DNA of 64,000 nucleotides. Origin: Eledone cirrhosa (taxonomy: Eukaryota). The translations under genes and the position numbers were made by a program. The notes beneath the pieces are model-generated. The model searched no databases. It saw only the letters and a list, made by a program, of their open reading frames with translations, and was not told the origin of the DNA. Location of the stretch: positions 6,014,001-6,078,000 of the forward strand of contig OZ024759.1 of the NCBI GenBank assembly GCA_964016885.1. Reading direction: 5' to 3'. Shown piece after piece: positions 25,401-38,829 of the stretch (position 1 is its first letter; every line of letters starts with the position of its first letter).

Positions 25401-28130
25401 AGTAACTCCAATGTTTGTGAGAATTCATTTCAGTTCATGGTATTAGCTGTCAGAAGGAACTCCACTGTTGGTGAGAATTCATTTAAGTTCATGGTACTAG
25501 CTGTCAGAAGTAACTCCACTGTTGGTGAGAATTCATTTAAGTTCATGGTACTAGCTGTCAGAAGTAACTCCAATGTTTGTGAGAATTCATTTCAGTTCAT
25601 GGTATTAGCTGTCAGAAGGAACTCCACTGTTGGTGAGAATTCATTTAAGTTCATGGTACTAGCTGTCAGAAGTAACTCCACTGTTGGTGAGAATTCATTT
25701 AAGTTCATGGTACTAGCTGTCAGAAGTAACTCCAATGTTGGTGAGAATTCATTTAAGTTCATGGTATTAGCTGTCAGAAGTAACTCCACTGTTGGTGAGA
25801 ATTCATTTAAGTTCATGGTATTAGCTGTCAGAAGTAACTCCACTGTTGGTGAGAATTCATTTAAGTTCATGGTACTAGCTGTCAGAAGTAACTCCAATGT
25901 TGGTGAGAATTCATTTAAGTTCATGGTATTAGCTGTCAGAAGTAACTCCACTGTTGGTGAGAATTCATTTAAGTCATGGTATTAGCTGTCAGAAGTAACT
26001 CCAATGTTGGTGAGAATTCAGTTAAGTTCATGGTATTAGCTGTCAGAAGGAACTCCACTGTTGGTGAGAATTCATTTAAGTTCATGGTATTAGCTGTCAG
26101 AAGTAACTCCACTGTTGGTGAGAATTCATTTAAGTCATAGTATTAGCTGTCAGAAGTAACTCCAATGTTGGTGAGAATTCATTTAAGTCATGGTACTAGC
26201 TGTCAGAAGTAACTCCACTGTTGGTGAGAATTCATTTAAGTTCATGGTATTAGCTGTCAGAAGTAACTCCACTGTTGGTGAGAATTCATTTAAGTCATGG
26301 TATTAGCTGTCAGAAGTAACTCCATTGTTGGTGAGAATTCATTTAAGTCATGGTACTAGCTGTCAGAAGTAACTCCACTGTTGGTGAGAATTCATTTAAG
26401 TTCATGGTACTAGCTGTCAGAAGTAACTCAACTGTTGGTGAGAATTCATTTAAGTTCATGGTACTAGCTGTCAGAAGTAACTCCACTGTTGGTGAGAATT
26501 CATTTAAGTTCATGGTACTAGCTGTCAGAAGTAACTCCACTGTTGGTGAGAATTCATTTAAGTTCATGGTACTAGCTGTCAGAAGTAACTCCAATGTTGG
26601 TGAGAATTCATTTAAGTTCATGGTATTAGCTGTCAGAAGTAACTCCACTGTTGGTGAGAATTCATTTAAGTTCATGGTACTAGCTGTCAGAAGTAACTCC
26701 ACTGTTGGTGAGAATTCATTTAAGTTCATGGTACTAGCTGTTAAAAGTAACCCCAATGTTGGTGAGAATTCATTTAAGTTCATGGTATTAGCTGTGTGAA
26801 GTCACTCCAATGTTGGTGAGAATTCATTTAAGTTCATGGTATTAGCTGTCAGAAGTCACTCCAATGTTGGTGAGAATTCATTTAAGTTCATGGTATTAGC
26901 TTTCAGAAGGAACTCCACTGTTGGTGAGAATTCATTTAAGTTCATGGTATTAGCTGTCAGAAGTAACTCCACTGTTGGTGAGAATTCATTTAAGTTCATG
27001 GTATTAGCTGTCAGAAGTAACTCCACTGTTGGTGAGAATTCATTTAAGTTCATGGTATTAGCTGTCAGAAGTAACTCCACTGTTGGTGAGAATTCATTTA
27101 AGTTCATGGTACTAGCTGTCAGAAGTAACTCCACTGTTGGTGAGAATTCATTTAAGTTCATGGTATTAGCTGTCAGAAGGAACTCCACTGTTGGTGAGAA
27201 TTCATTTAAGTTCATGGTATTAGCTGTCAGAAGTAACTCCACTGTTGGTGAGAATTCATTTAAGTTCATAGTACTAGTTGTCAGAAGTAACTCCACTGTT
27301 GGTGAGAATTCATTTAAGTTCATGGTATTAGCTGTCAGAAGGAACTCCACTGTTGGTGAGAATTCATTTAAGTTCATGGTACTAGCTGTCAGAAGTAACT
27401 CCACTGTTGGTGAGAATTCATTTAAGTTCATGGTATTAGTTTGTCAGAAGTAACTCCAATGTTGGTGAGAATTCATTTAAGTTCATGGTATTAGCTGTCA
27501 GAAGTAACTCCACTGTTGGTGAGAATTCATTTAAGTTCATGGTATTAGCTGTCAGAAGTAACTCCACTGTTGGTGAGAATTCATTTAAGTTCATGGTACT
27601 AGCTGTCAGAAGTAACTCCAATGTTGGTGAGAATTCATTTAAGTTCATGGTATTAGCTGTCAGAAGTAACTCCACTGTTGGTGAGAATTCATTTAAGTCA
27701 TTGTATTAGCTGTCAGAAGTAACTCCAATGTTGGTGAGAATTAATTTAAGTTCATGGTATTAGCTGTCAGAAGTAACTCCACTGTTGGTGAGAATTCATT
27801 TAAGTTCATGGTATTAGCTGTCAGAAGTAACTCCACTGTTGGTGAGAATTCATTTAAGTTCATGGTACTAGCTGTCAGAAGTAACTCCACTGTTGGTGAG
27901 AATTCATTTAAGTTCATGGTATTAGTTTGTCAGAAGTAACTCCACTGTTGGTGAGAATTCATTTAAGTCATGGTATTAGTTGTCAGAAGTAACTCCAATG
28001 TTGGTGAGAATTCATTTAAGTTCATGGTACTAGCTGTCAGAAGTAACTCCACTGTTGGTGAGAATTCATTTAAATTCATGGTATTAGCTGTCAGAAGTAA
28101 ATCCACTGTTGGTGAGAATTCATTTAAGTC
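22476..28130 (+). repeat. About 3-kb block duplication with internal whole-monomer indels (offset 3069, then 3015, then 2801)
   Basis: GCTGTGTGAAG at 23776 and 26791. ORFs 23281/26350, 23821/26836 and 24684/27485. Shared CATAGTAC, GTCATTGTA and GAATTAATTT variants. Confidence 0.86.
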
Positions 28131-28779
28131 ATGGTATTAGCTGTCAGAAGTAACTCCAATGTTGGTGAGAATTCATTTAAGCCATGGTACTAGCTGTCAG
28201 AAGTAACTCCAATGTTGGTGAGAATTCATTTAAGTTCATGGTATTAGCTGTCAGAAGTAACTCCACTGTTGGTGAGAATTCATTTAAGTCATGGTACTAG
28301 CTGTCAGAAGTAACTCCAATGTTGGTGAGAATTCAGTTAAGTTCATGGTATCAGCTGTCAGAAGGAACTCCACTGTTGGTGAGAATTCATTTAAGTTCAT
28401 GGTATTAGCTGTCAGAAGTAACCCCACTGTTGGTGAGAATTCATTTAAGTTCATGGTACTAGCTGTCAGAAGTAACTCCACTGTTGGTGAGAATTCATTT
28501 AAGTTCATGGTACTAGCTGTCAGAAGTAACTCCACTGTTGGTGAGAATTCATTTAAGTTCATGGTACTAGCTGTCAGAAGTAACCCCAATGTTGGTGAGA
28601 ATTCATTTAAGTTCATGGTATTAGCTGTCAGAAGTCACTCCAATGTTGGTGAGAATTCATTTAAGTTCATGGTATTAGCTGTCAGAAGTCACTCCAATGT
28701 TGGTGAGAATTCATTTAAGTTCATGGTACTAGCTGTCAGAAGTAACTCCACTGTTGGTGAGAATTCAGTTAAGTTCATG

Positions 28780-31700
28780 GTATTAGTTGTCAGAAGTAAC
28801 TCCACTGTTGGTGAGAATTCATTTAAATCATGGTATTAGTTGTCAGAAGTAACTCCAATGTTGGTGAGAATTCATTTAAGTTCATGGTACTAGCTGTCAG
28901 AAGTAACTCCACTGTTGGTGAGAATTCATTTAAGTTCATGGTATTAGTTTGTCAGAAGTAACTCCACTGTTGGTGAGAATTCATTTAAGTCATGGTATTA
29001 GTTGTCAGAAGTAACTCCAATGTTGGTGAGAATTCATTTAAGTTCATGGTACTAGCTGTCAGAAGTAACTCCACTGTTGGTGAGAATTCATTTAAGTTCA
29101 TGGTATTAGCTGTCAGAAGTAACTCCACTGTTGGTGAGAATTCATTTAAGTCATGGTATTAGTTGTCAGAAGTAACTCCATTGTTGGTGAGAATTCATTT
29201 AAGTTCATGGTACTAGCTGTCAGAAGTAACTCCACTGTTGGTGAGAATTCATTTAAGTTCATGGTATTAGCTGTCAGAAGTAACTCCACTGTTGGTGAGA
29301 ATTCATTTAAGTCATAGTATTAGCTGTCAGAAGTAACTGCAATGTTGGTGAGAATTCATTTAAGTCATGGTACTAGCTGTCAGAAGTAACTCCAATGTTG
29401 GTGAGAATTCAGTTAAGTTCATGGTATTAGCTGTCAGAAGTAACCCCACTGTTGGTGAGAATTCATTTAAGTTCATGGTATTAGCTGTCAGAAGTAACTC
29501 CACTGTTGGTGAGAATTCATTTAAGTTCATGTTACTAGCTGTCAGAAGTAACTCCACTGTTGGTGAGAATTCATTTAAGTTCATGGTACTAGCTGTCAGA
29601 AGTAACTCCACTGTTGGTGAGAATTCAGTTAAGTTCATGGTATTAGTTGTCAGAAGTAACTCCACTGTTGGTGAGAATTCATTTAAATAATGGTATTAGT
29701 TGTCAGAATTAACTCCAATGTTGGTGAGAATTCATTTAAGTTCATGGTACTAGCTGTCAGAAGTAACTCCACTGTTGGTGAGAATTCATTTAAGTTCATG
29801 GTATTAGCTGTCAGAAGTAACTCCACTGTTGGTGAGAATTCATTTAAGTCGTGGTATTAGCTGTCAGAAGTAACTCCATTGTTGGTGAGAATTCATTTAA
29901 GTCATGGTACTAGCTGTCAGAAGTAACTCCACTGTTGGTGAGAATTCATTTAAGTCATGGTATTAGCTGTCAGAAGTAACTCCAATGTTGGTGAGAATTC
30001 ATTTAAGTCATGGTACTAGCTGTCAGAAGTAACTCCAATGTTGGTGAGAATTCATTTAAGTTCATGGTATTAGCTGTCAGAAGTAACTCCACTGTTGGTG
30101 AGAATTCATTTAAGTCATGGTATTAGCTGTCAGAAGTAACTCCAATGTTGGTGAGAATTCATTTAAGTCATGGTACTAGCTGTCAGAAGTAACTCCACTG
30201 TTGGTGAGAATTCATTTAAGTTCATGGTATTAGCTGTCAGAAGTAACTCCACTGTTGGTGAGAATTCATTTAAGTCATGGTATTAGCTGTCAGAAGTAAC
30301 TCCATTGTTGGTGAGAATTCATTTAAGTCATGGTACTAGCTGTCAGAAGTAACTCCACTGTTGGTGAGAATTCATTTAAGTTCATGGTACTAGCTGTCAG
30401 AAGTAACTCAACTGTTGGTGAGAATTCATTTAAGTTCATGGTACTAGCTGTCAGAAGTAACTCCACTGTTGGTGAGAATTCATTTAAGTTCATGGTACTA
30501 GCTGTCAGAAGTAACTCCACTGTTGGTGAGAATTCATTTAAGTTCATGGTACTAGCTGTCAGAAGTAACTCCAATGTTGGTGAGAATTCATTTAAGTTCA
30601 TGGTACTAGCTGTCAGAAGTAACTCCACTGTTGGTGAGAATTCATTTAAGTTCATGGTACTAGCTGTCAGAAGTAACTCCACTGTTGGTGAGAATTCATT
30701 TAAGTTCATGGTATTAGCTGTCAGAAGTAACTCCAATGTTGGTGAGAATTCCTTTAAGTTCATGGTATTAGCTGTCAGAAGTAACTCCACTGTTGGTGAG
30801 AATTCATTTAAGTCATGGTATTAGCTGTCAGAAGTAACTCCAATGTTGGTGAGAATTCATTTAAGGCATGGTACTAGCTGTCAGAAGTAACTACATTGTT
30901 GGTGAGAATTCAGTTAGGTTCATGGTATTAGTTGTCAGAAGTAACTCCACTGTTGGTGAGAATTCATTTAAATCATGGTATTAGTTGTCAGAAGTAACTC
31001 CAATGTTGGTGAGAATTCATTTAAGTTCATGGTACTAGCTGTCAGAAATAACTCCACTGTTGGTGAGAATTCATTTAAGTTCATGGTATTAGTTTGTCAG
31101 AAGTAACTCCACTGTTGGTGAGAATTCATTTAAGTCATGGTATTAGTTGTCAGAAGTAACTCCAATGTTGGTGAGAATTCATTTAAGTTCATGGTACTAG
31201 CTGTCAGAAGTAACTCCACTGTTGGTGAGAATTCATTTATGTTCATGGTATTAGCTGTCAGAAGTAACTCCACTGTTGGTGAGAATTCATTTAAGTCATA
31301 GTATTAGCTGTCAGAAGTAACTCCAATGTTGGTGAGAATTCATTTAAGTCATAGTATTAGCTGTCAGAAGTAACTCCAATGTTGGTGAGAATTCAGTTAA
31401 GTTCATGGTATTAGCTGTCAGAAGGAACTCCACAGTTGGTGAGAATTCATTTAAGTTCATGGTATTAGCTGTCAGAAGTAACTCCACTGTTGGTGAGAAT
31501 TCATTTAAGTTCATGTTACTAGCTGTCAGAAGTAACTCCACTGTTGGTGAGAATTCATTTAAGTTCATGGTACTAGCTGTCAGAAGTAACTCCACTGTTG
31601 GTGAGAATTCAGTTAAGTTCATGGTATTAGTTGTCAGAAGTAACTCCACTGTTGGTGAGAATTCATTTAAATAATGGTATTAGTTGTCAGAAGTAACTCC

Positions 31701-31980
31701 AATGTTGGTGAGAATTCATTTAAGTTCATGGTACTAGCTGTCAGAAGTAACTCCATTGTTGGTGAGAATTCATTTAAGTTCATGGTATTAGCTGTCAGAA
31801 GTAACTCCACTGTTGGTGAGAATTCATTTAAGTCGTGGTATTAGCTGTCAGAAGTAACTCCATTGTTGGTGAGAATTCATTTAAGTCATGGTACTAGCTG
31901 TCAGAAGTAACTCCACTGTTGGTGAGAATTCATTTAAGTCATGGTATTAGCTGTCAGAAGTAACTCCAATGTTGGTGAGA
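28780..31980 (+). repeat. Older, more diverged block duplication at 1984-bp offset
   Basis: ORFs 29360/31344. Shared CATGTTACT, AAATAATGG, AAGTCGTGG and GTCATAGTA variants, with several differences between the copies. Confidence 0.78.
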
Positions 31981-32959
31981 ATTCATTTAAGTTCATGGTA
32001 TTAGCTGTCAGAAGTAACTCCACTGTTGGTGAGAATTCATTTAAGTTCATGGTATTAGCTGTCAGAAGTAACTCCAATGTTGGTGAGAATTCATTTAAGT
32101 CATGGTACTAGCTGTCAGAAGTAACTCCACTGTTGGTGAGAATTCATTTAAGTTCATGGTATTAGCTGTCAGAAGTAACTCCACTGTTGGTGAGAATTCA
32201 TTTAAGTCATGGTATTAGCTGTCAGAAGTAACTCCACTGTTGGTGAGAATTCATTTAAGTTCATGGTACTAGCTGTCAGAAGTAACTCAACTGTTGGTGA
32301 GAATTCATTTACGTTCATGGTACTAGCTGTCAGAAGTAACTCCACTGTTGGTGAGAATTCATTTAAGTTCATGGTACTAGCTGTCAGAAGTAACTCCACT
32401 GTTGGTGAGAATTCATTTAAGTTCATGGTACTAGCTGTCAGAAGTAACTCCAATGTTGGTGAGAGTTCATTTAAGTTCATGGTATTAGCTGTCAGAAGTA
32501 ACTCCACTGTTGGTGAGAATTCATTTAAGTCATGGTATTAGCTGTCAGAAGTAACTCCATTGTTGGTGAGAATTCATTTAAGTCATGGTACTAGCTGTCA
32601 GAAGTAACTCCACTGTTGGTGAGAATTCATTTAAGTTCATGGTACTAGCTGTCAGAAGTAACTCAACTGTTGGTGAGAATTCATTTACGTTCATGGTACT
32701 AGCTGTCAGAAGTAACTCCACTGTTGGTGAGAATTCATTTAAGTTCATGGTACTAGCTGTCAGAAGTAACTCCACTGTTGGTGAGAATTCATTTAAGTTC
32801 ATGGTACTAGCTGTCAGAAGTAACTCCAATGTTGGTGAGAATTCATTTAAGTTCATGGTATTAGCTGTCAGAAGTCACTCCACTGTTGGTGAGAATTCAT
32901 TTAAGTCCATGGTACTAGCTGTCAGATGTAACCCTAATGTTGGTGAGAATTCATTTAAG

Positions 32960-35900
32960 TTCATGGTATTAGCTGTCAGAAGTCACTCCAATGTTGGTGA
33001 GAATTCATTTAAGTTCATGGTATTAGCTTTCAGAAGTAACTCCACTGTTGGTGAGAATTCATTTAAGTTCATGGTATTAGCTGTCAGAAGTAACTACACA
33101 GTTGGTGAGAATTCATTTAAGTTCATGGTATTAGCTGTCAGAAGTAACTCCACTGTTGGTGAGAATTCATTTAAGTTCATGGTATTAGCTGTCAGAAGGA
33201 ACTCCAATGTTGGTGAGAATTCATTTAAGTCATGGTACTAGCTGTCAGAAGTAACTCCACTGTTGGTGAGAATTCATTTAAGTTCATGGTATTAGCTGTC
33301 AGAAGGAACGCCACTGTTGGTGAGAATTCATTTAAGTTCATGGTATTAGCTGTCAGAAGTAACTCCACTGTTGGTGAGAATTCATTTAAGTTCATGGTAC
33401 TAGCTGTCAGGAGTAACTCCAATGTTGGTGAGAATTCATTTAAGTTCATGGTATTAGCTGTCAGAAGGAACTCCACTGTTGGTGAGAATTCATTTAAGTT
33501 CATGGTATTAGCTGTCAGAAGTAACTCCACTGTTGGTGAGAATTCATTTAAGTTCATGGTACTAGTTGTCAGAAGTAACTCCACTGTTGGTGAGAATTCA
33601 TTTAAGTTCATGGTACTAGCTGTCAGAAGTAACTCCACTGTTGGTGAGAATTCATTTAAGTTCATGGTATTAGCTGTCAGAAGTAACTCCACTGTTGGTG
33701 AGAATTCATTTAAGTCATGGTATTAGCTATCAGAAGTAACTCCATTGTTGGTGAGAATTCATTTAAGACATGGTACTAGCTGTCAGAAGTAACTCCACTG
33801 TTGGTGAGAATTCATTTAAGTTCATGGTATTAGCTGTCAGAAGGAACTCCACTGTTGGTGAGAATTCATTTAAGTTCATGGTACTAGCTGTCAGAAGTAA
33901 CTCCACTGTTGGTGAGAATTCATTTAAGTTCATGGTACTAGCTGTCAGAAGTAACTCCACTGTTGGTGAGAATTCATTTAAGTTCATGGTACTAGCTGTC
34001 AGAAGTAACTCCACTGTTGGTGAGAATTCATTTAAGTTCATGGTACTAGCTGTCAGAAGTAACTCCAATGTTGGTGAGAATTCATTTAAGTTCATGGTAT
34101 TAGCTGTCAGAAGTAACTCCACTGTTGGTGAGAATTCATTTAAGTTCATGGTACTAGCTGTCAGAAGTAACTCCACTGTTGGTGAGGATTCATTTACGTT
34201 CATGGTATTAGCTGTCAGAAATAACTCCACTGTTGGTGAGAATTCATTTAAGTTCATGGTACTAGCTGTCAAAAGTAACCCCAATGTTGGTGAGAATTCA
34301 TTTAAGTTCATGGTATTAGCTGTCAGAAGTCACTCCAATGTTGGTGAGAATTCATTTAAGTTCATGGTATTAGCTGTCAGAAGTCACTCCACTGTTGGTG
34401 AGAATTCATTTAAGTTCATGGTACTAGCTGTCAGAAGTAACCCCAATGTTGGTGAGAATTCATTTAAGTTCATGGTATTAGCTGTCAGAAGTCACTCCAA
34501 TGTTGGTGAGAAATCATTTAAGTTCATGGTATTAGCTTTCAGAAGTAACAACACTGTTGGTGAGAATTCATTTAAGTTCATGGTATTAGCTGTCAGAAGT
34601 AACTCCACAGTTGGTGAGAATTCATTTAAGTTCATGGTATTAGCTGTCAGAAGTAACTCCACTGTTGGTGAGAATTCATTTAAGTTCATGGTATTAGCTG
34701 TCAGAAGGAACTCCAATGTTGGTGAGAATTCATTTAAGTCATGGTACTAGCTGTCAGAAGTAACTCCACTGTTGGTGAGAATTCATTTAAGTTCATGGTA
34801 TTAGCTGTCAGAAGGAACGCCACTGTTGGTGAGAATTCATTTAAGTTCATGGTATTAGCTGTCAGAAGTAACTCCACTGTTGGTGAGAATTCATTTAAGT
34901 TCATGGTACTAGCTGTCAGGAGTAACTCCAATGTTGGTGAGAATTCATTTAAGTTCATGGTATTAGCTGTCAGAAGGAACTCCACTGTTGGTGAGAATTC
35001 ATTTAAGTTCATGGTATTAGCTGTCAGAAGTAACTCCACTGTTGGTGAGAATTCATTTAAGTTCATGGTACTAGTTGTCAGAAGTAACTCCACTGTTGGT
35101 GAGAATTCATTTAAGTTCATGGTACTAGCTGTCAGAAGTAACTCCACTGTTGGTGAGAATTCATTTAAGTTCATGGTATTAGCTGTCAGAAGTAACTCCA
35201 CTGTTGGTGAGAATTCATTTAAGTCATGGTATTAGCTATCAGAAGTAACTCCATTGTTGGTGAGAATTCATTTAAGACATGGTACTAGCTGTCAGAAGTA
35301 ACTCCACTGTTGGTGAGAATTCATTTAAGTTCATGGTATTAGCTGTCAGAAGGAACTCCACTGTTGGTGAGAATTCATTTAAGTTCATGGTACTAGCTGT
35401 CAGAAGTAACTCCACTGTTGGTGAGAATTCATTTAAGTTCATGGTACTAGCTGTCAGAAGTAACTCCACTGTTGGTGAGAATTCATTTAAGTTCATGGTA
35501 CTAGCTGTCAGAAGTAACTCCACTGTTGGTGAGAATTCATTTAAGTTCATGGTACTAGCTGTCAGAAGTAACTCCAATGTTGGTGAGAATTCATTTAAGT
35601 TCATGGTATTAGCTCTCAGAAGTAACTCCACTGTTGGTGAGAATTCATTTAAGTTCATGGTACTAGCTGTCAGAAGTAACTCCACTGTTGGTGAGGATTC
35701 ATTTACGTTCATGGTATTAGCTGTCAGAAGTAACTCCACTGTTGGTGAGAATTCATTTAAGTTCATGGTATTAGCTGTCAAAAGTAACCCCAATGTTGGT
35801 GAGAATTCATTTAAGTTCATGGTATTAGCTGTCAGAAGTCACTCCAATGTTGGTGAGAATTCATTTAAGTTCATGGTATTAGCTGTCAGAAGTCACTCCA

Positions 35901-36370
35901 CTGTTGGTGAGAATTCATTTAAGTTCATGGTACTAGCTGTCAGAAGTAACCCCAATGTTGGTGAGAATTCATTTAAGTTCATGGTATTAGCTGTCAGAAG
36001 TCACTCCAATGTTGGTGAGAATTCATTTAAGTTCATGGTATTAGCTTTCAGAAGTAACAACACTGTTGGTGAGAATTCATTTAAGTTCATGGTATTAGCT
36101 GTCAGAAGTAACTCCACAGTTGGTGAGAATTCATTTAAGTTCATGGTATTAGCTGTCAGAAGTAACTCCACTGTTGGTGAGAATTCATTTAAGTTCATGG
36201 TATTAGCTGTCAGAAGGAACTCCAATGTTGGTGAGAATTCATTTAAGTCATGGTACTAGCTGTCAGAAGTAACTCCACTGTTGGTGAGAATTCATTTAAG
36301 TTCATGGTATTAGCTGTCAGAAGGAACGCCACTGTTGGTGAGAATTCATTTAAGTTCATGGTATTAGCTG
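32960..36370 (+). repeat. Tandem duplication of a 1509-bp (28-monomer) unit
   Basis: GAGGATTC at 34184 and 35693. ORFs 33232/34741/36250 and 33770/35279. Shared GCTATCAG, AAGACATGG, GTCAGGAG and AACAAC variants. Confidence 0.9.
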
Positions 36371-38829
36371 TCAGAAGTAACTCCAATGTTGGTGAGAATT
36401 CATTTAAATTCATGGTACTAGTTGTCAGAAGTAACTCCACTGTTGGTGAGAATTCATTTAAGTTCATGGTACTAGCTGTCAGAAGTAACTCCACTGTTGG
36501 TGAGAATTCATTTAAGTTCATGGTACTAGCTGTCAGAAGTAACTCCAATGTTGGTGAGAATTCATTTAAGTCATGGTATTAGCTGTCAGAAGTAACTCCA
36601 TTGTTGGTGAGAATTCATTTAAGTCATGGTACTAGCTGTCAGAAGTAACTCCACTGTTGGTGAGAATTCATTTAAGTTCATGGTATTAGCTGTCAGAAGG
36701 AACTCCACTGTTGGTGAGAATTCATTTAAGTTCATGGTACTAGCTGTCAGAAGTAACTCCACTGTTGGTGAGAATTCATTTAAGTTCATGGTATTAGTTT
36801 GTCAGAAGTAACTCCACTGTTGGTGAGAATTCATTTAAGTCATGGTATTAGTTGTCAGAAGTAACTCCAATGTTGGTGAGAATTCATTTAAGTCATGGAA
36901 CTAGCTGTCAGAAGTAACTCCGATGTTTGTGAGAATTCATTTAAGTTCATGGTATTAGCTGTCAGAAGGAACTCCACTGTTGGTGAGAATTCATTTAAGT
37001 TCATGGTACTAGCTGTCAGAAGTAACTCCACTGTTGGTGAGAATTCATTTAAGTTCATGGTACTAGCTGTCAGAAGTAACTCCAATGTTGGTGAGAATTC
37101 ATTTAAGTTCATGGTATTAGCTGTCAGAAGTAACTCCACTGTTGGTGAGAATTCATTTAAGTTCATGGTATTAGCTGTCAGAAGTAACTCCACTGTTGGT
37201 GAGAATTCATTTAAGTTCATGGTACTAGCTGTCAGAAGTAACTCCAATGTTGGTGAGAATTCATTTAAGTTCATGGTATTAGCTGTCAGAAGTAACTCCA
37301 CTGTTGGTGAGAATTCATTTAAGTCATGGTATTAGCTGTCAGAAGTAACTCCAATGTTGGCGAGAATTCATTTAAGTTCATGGTATTAGCTGTCAGAAGG
37401 AACTCCACTGTTGGTGAGAATTCATTTAAGTTCATGGTATTAGCTGTCAGAAGTAACTCCACTGTTGGTGAGAATTCATTTAAGTCATGGTATTAGTTGT
37501 CAGAAGTAACTCCAATGTTGGTGAGAATTCATTTAAGTTCATGGTATTAGCTGTCAGAAGGAACTCCAATGTTGGTGAGAATTCATTTAAGTCATGGTAC
37601 TAGCTGTCAGAAGTAACTCCACTGTTGGTGAGAATTCATTTAAGTTCATGGTATTAGCTGTCAGAAGTAACTCCACTGTTGGTGAGAATTCATTTAAGTC
37701 ATGGTATTAGCTGTCAGAAATAACTCCATTGTTGGTGAGAATTCATTTAAGTCATGGTACTAGCTGTCAGAAGTAACTCCACTGTTGGTGAGAATTCATT
37801 TAAGTTCATGGTACTAGCTGTCAGAAGTAACTCAACTGTTGGTGAGAATTCATTTAAGTTCATGGTACTAGCTGTCAGAAGTAACTCCACTGTTGGTGAG
37901 AATTCATTTAAGTTCATGGTACTAGCTGTCAGAAGTAACTCCACTGTTGGTGAGAATTCATTTGAGTTCATGGTACTAGCTGTCAGAAGTAACTCCAATG
38001 TTGGTGAGAATTCATTTAAGTTCATGGTATTAGCTGTCAGAAGTAACTCCACTGTTGGTGAGAATTCATTTAAGTTCATGGTACTAGCTGTCAGAAGTAA
38101 CTCCACTGTTGGTGAGAATTCATTTAAGTTCATGGTATTAGCTGTCAGAAGTAACTCCACTGTTGGTGAGAATTTATTTAAGTTCATGGTACTAGCTGTC
38201 AAAAGTAACCCCAATGTTGGTGAGAATTCATTTAAGTTCATGGTATTAGCTGTCAGAAGTCACTCCAATGTTGGTGAGAATTCATTTAAGTTCATGGTAT
38301 TAGCTGTCAGAAGTCACTCCAATGTTGGTGAGAATTCATTTAAGTTCATGGTATTAGCTTTCAGAAGGAACTCCACTGTTGGTGAGAATTCATTTAAGTT
38401 CATGGTATTAGCTGTCAGAAGTAACTCCACTGTTGGTGAGAATTCATTTAAGTTCATGGTATTAGCTGTCAGAAGTAACTCCACTGTTGGTGAGAATTCA
38501 TTTAAGTTCATGGTATTAGCTGTCAGAAGGAACTCCAATGTTGGTGAGAATTCATTTAAGTCATGGTACTAGCTGTCAGAAGTAACTCCACTGTTGGTGA
38601 GAATTCATTTAAGTTCATGGTATTAGCTGTCAGAAGGAACGCCACTGTTGGTGAGAATTCATTTAAGTTCATGGTATTAGCTGTCAGAAGTAACTCCACT
38701 GTTGGTGAGAATTCATTTAAGTTCATGGTACTAGCTGTCAGAAGTAACTCCAATGTTGGTGAGAATTCATTTAAGTTCATGGTATTAGCTGTCAGAAGGA
38801 ACTCCACTGTTGGTGAGAATTCATTTAAG

